This document shows positions 60,920-64,000 of a stretch of DNA of 64,000 nt, in pieces. Position 1 is the first letter of the stretch; every line of letters begins with the position of its first letter. Source of the stretch: Nitrospirota bacterium (GTDB lineage: Bacteria; Nitrospirota; JACRHJ01); assembly GCA_963845245.1 (NCBI GenBank), contig CAWJRJ010000020.1:96001-160000 (forward strand), given 5' to 3'. Position numbers and translations under genes: made by a program. The notes beneath the pieces are model-generated. The model was not told the origin of the DNA. It was given only the letters and a program-made list of their open reading frames with translations, and did no database searches.

Positions 60920-61900
60920 TTATTGGACGCTGGCCGCCATGGAGTTTTTTACCAGTTCTTTGGACTTCGGGAGTACATCAGCTTTTGTGCCTTCGAGGTT
61001 ATTAGAGATAACCGCTCCGGCAGCGTTCGGGTGCCCTCCACCGCCCAGAGACTGGGCCAGACCAGACACATCGACGCGCCCCTTTGAACGGAAACTCAAC
61101 TTTACCTTATCGCCAGCCTCCCTGAAGAGGACCGCTACTTCAACTCCTTTAACTGCCCTAGGGTAGTTGATGAAACCGTCGGTGTCTTCAGCTGATGTCC
61201 CTGTCTGGCTGTAAAAATCCTCTTTTACGGTCACCCATGACAAAAGCCCGTCGTCGCTGATCTCTATGGTGGAAAGTACAAGCCCCAGAAGCTTCATCCT
61301 TCCGAACGACTTGGACTCGTATACGTTTTCTGAAATTTCCCAGGTGTTGACTCCGTACGATAGAAGCCTAGCCGATTTGGAAAGCGCCTCCTCATCGGTA
61401 TTGGAGTATCTGAAAGAGCCTGTATCAGTGAATATGCAGGTGTAGAGGTTTGTAGCTATATCTAAATCAATTGGTATCCCCATCTCTACCACTACGTCAT
61501 AGACCATCTCACCGGCGGCGGAGGCCTCCGGGCTAACCCAGTATATGTCCGACGTCTTGGGGTTGGTTACGTGGTGGTCGATGTTTATGACTTTTTTTAC
61601 AGGCGCGTTCTCAAGGTCCTTCAGGCCGGTACGCTTGGGCTCGCAATCGACTACTATCAAGGCGTCGTGCGGCTCATCGATCCTCTCGGCCCTCTGGACC
61701 ATGTCGGAGCCGGGCAGGAAACGCAGGAAATCTGGTACTGGGTCGAAACACAAAACCGACACTTTTTTCCCTATTTTCTTGAGCGCCAGTGCAAGCCCGA
61801 CAGCGGACCCTATCGCGTCGCCCTCGGGACTTACGTGGGTTGAGATTACAAAACTGTCAAAACCCCTTATCGCTTCAGCTACGTCTTTTACAGAACCCAT
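60920..61900 (-). CDS. nrnA: DHH/DHHA1 bifunctional oligoribonuclease/pAp phosphatase
   Basis: H.SPEGDAIGS, NIDHH, TDTGSF, GGGGHPNAAG; start placed at ATG 61900. Confidence 0.85.
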   Translation of the reverse strand: MGSVKDVAEAIRGFDSFVISTHVSPEGDAIGSAVGLALALKKIGKKVSVLCFDPVPDFLRFLPGSDMVQRAERIDEPHDALIVVDCEPKRTGLKDLENAPVKKVINIDHHVTNPKTSDIYWVSPEASAAGEMVYDVVVEMGIPIDLDIATNLYTCIFTDTGSFRYSNTDEEALSKSARLLSYGVNTWEISENVYESKSFGRMKLLGLVLSTIEISDDGLLSWVTVKEDFYSQTGTSAEDTDGFINYPRAVKGVEVAVLFREAGDKVKLSFRSKGRVDVSGLAQSLGGGGHPNAAGAVISNNLEGTKADVLPKSKELVKNSMAASVQ

Positions 61901-61904
61901 AGAA

Positions 61905-62264
61905 TTATTCTTCGTCCTCGTGCTTGATGTCCAGTTTACGCAGTATGTCCAGGATGTGGGCGCCTTTTTCGATCGATTCGTCAAGTATGAAAAAGAGGTC
62001 CGGTATGTAACGCAACTTCAGCCTTTTACCGAGTTCGCCTTTGATAAAATGGCTTGCGCTCCTGAGGCCCTTGATGGTTTCTTTTTTTGCTTCTGCATCC
62101 CCGAACACGCTTACGAACACCTTAGCGTGTTTAAGGTCGTCGCTTAGTTCAACGCGTGTGAGGCTTGCAAACCCTACCCTAGGGTCTCGTATCTTCTTCA
62201 ACAGGATGTCGGATATTTCCGCGCGAATCTGGTCCCCCACCCTGTCTGCTCTTTTAAATTCCAT
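61905..62264 (-). CDS. rbfA: Ribosome-binding factor A
   Basis: R.DRV, DPR, DLKHAKVFV, LRYIPDL.F..D.S. Confidence 0.95.
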   Translation of the reverse strand: MEFKRADRVGDQIRAEISDILLKKIRDPRVGFASLTRVELSDDLKHAKVFVSVFGDAEAKKETIKGLRSASHFIKGELGKRLKLRYIPDLFFILDESIEKGAHILDILRKLDIKHEDEE

Positions 62265-62268
62265 ATTG

Positions 62269-64000
<1,732 letters not shown>

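Overview
64 kb of a Gram-negative, probably anaerobic bacterium; a Nitrospirota/Desulfobacterota-like origin is an inference from gene content only. All protein genes I can support are on the minus strand; one tRNA-Phe is on the plus strand. In transcription order (right to left): (1) a housekeeping block, infB-rbfA-nrnA-truB-rpsO-pnp-M16 peptidase-dut-mutL-miaA-hfq-NUDIX and mtnP-pfkB-TPR-rodZ-punA; (2) an accessory ~17.5 kb cluster (29985-47451) headed by a PadR regulator. It encodes an aromatic type II polyketide synthase (KSalpha, chain-length factor, ACP, TcmN/WhiE-type aromatase-cyclase, a second cyclase) plus mostly O2-independent tailoring candidates: U32-family Fe-S protein, aldehyde:ferredoxin oxidoreductase, two TIGR04076-like proteins, iron-sulfur flavoprotein, amidohydrolase-fold decarboxylase, two FAD oxidoreductases, B12 radical SAM and an LpxL-like acyltransferase. 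Three of its proteins share one small helical domain. This cluster is the candidate undescribed system; (3) a radical SAM/SPASM gene, tRNA-Phe, 2-oxoacid oxidoreductase beta/gamma, a short argA-like gene and hemW; (4) a ~20 kb bamA-skp-lpx-waa lipid A/LPS superoperon with gnnA/gnnB-like genes, followed by a radical SAM plus GT4 unit. About 20 genes, including essential ones (rpsO, bamA, lpxA, waaA), carry apparent single-base frameshifts. These are most likely uncorrected sequencing errors, so such genes are listed as CDS with joined coordinates. All family calls come from motif recognition by eye; no database searches were run.
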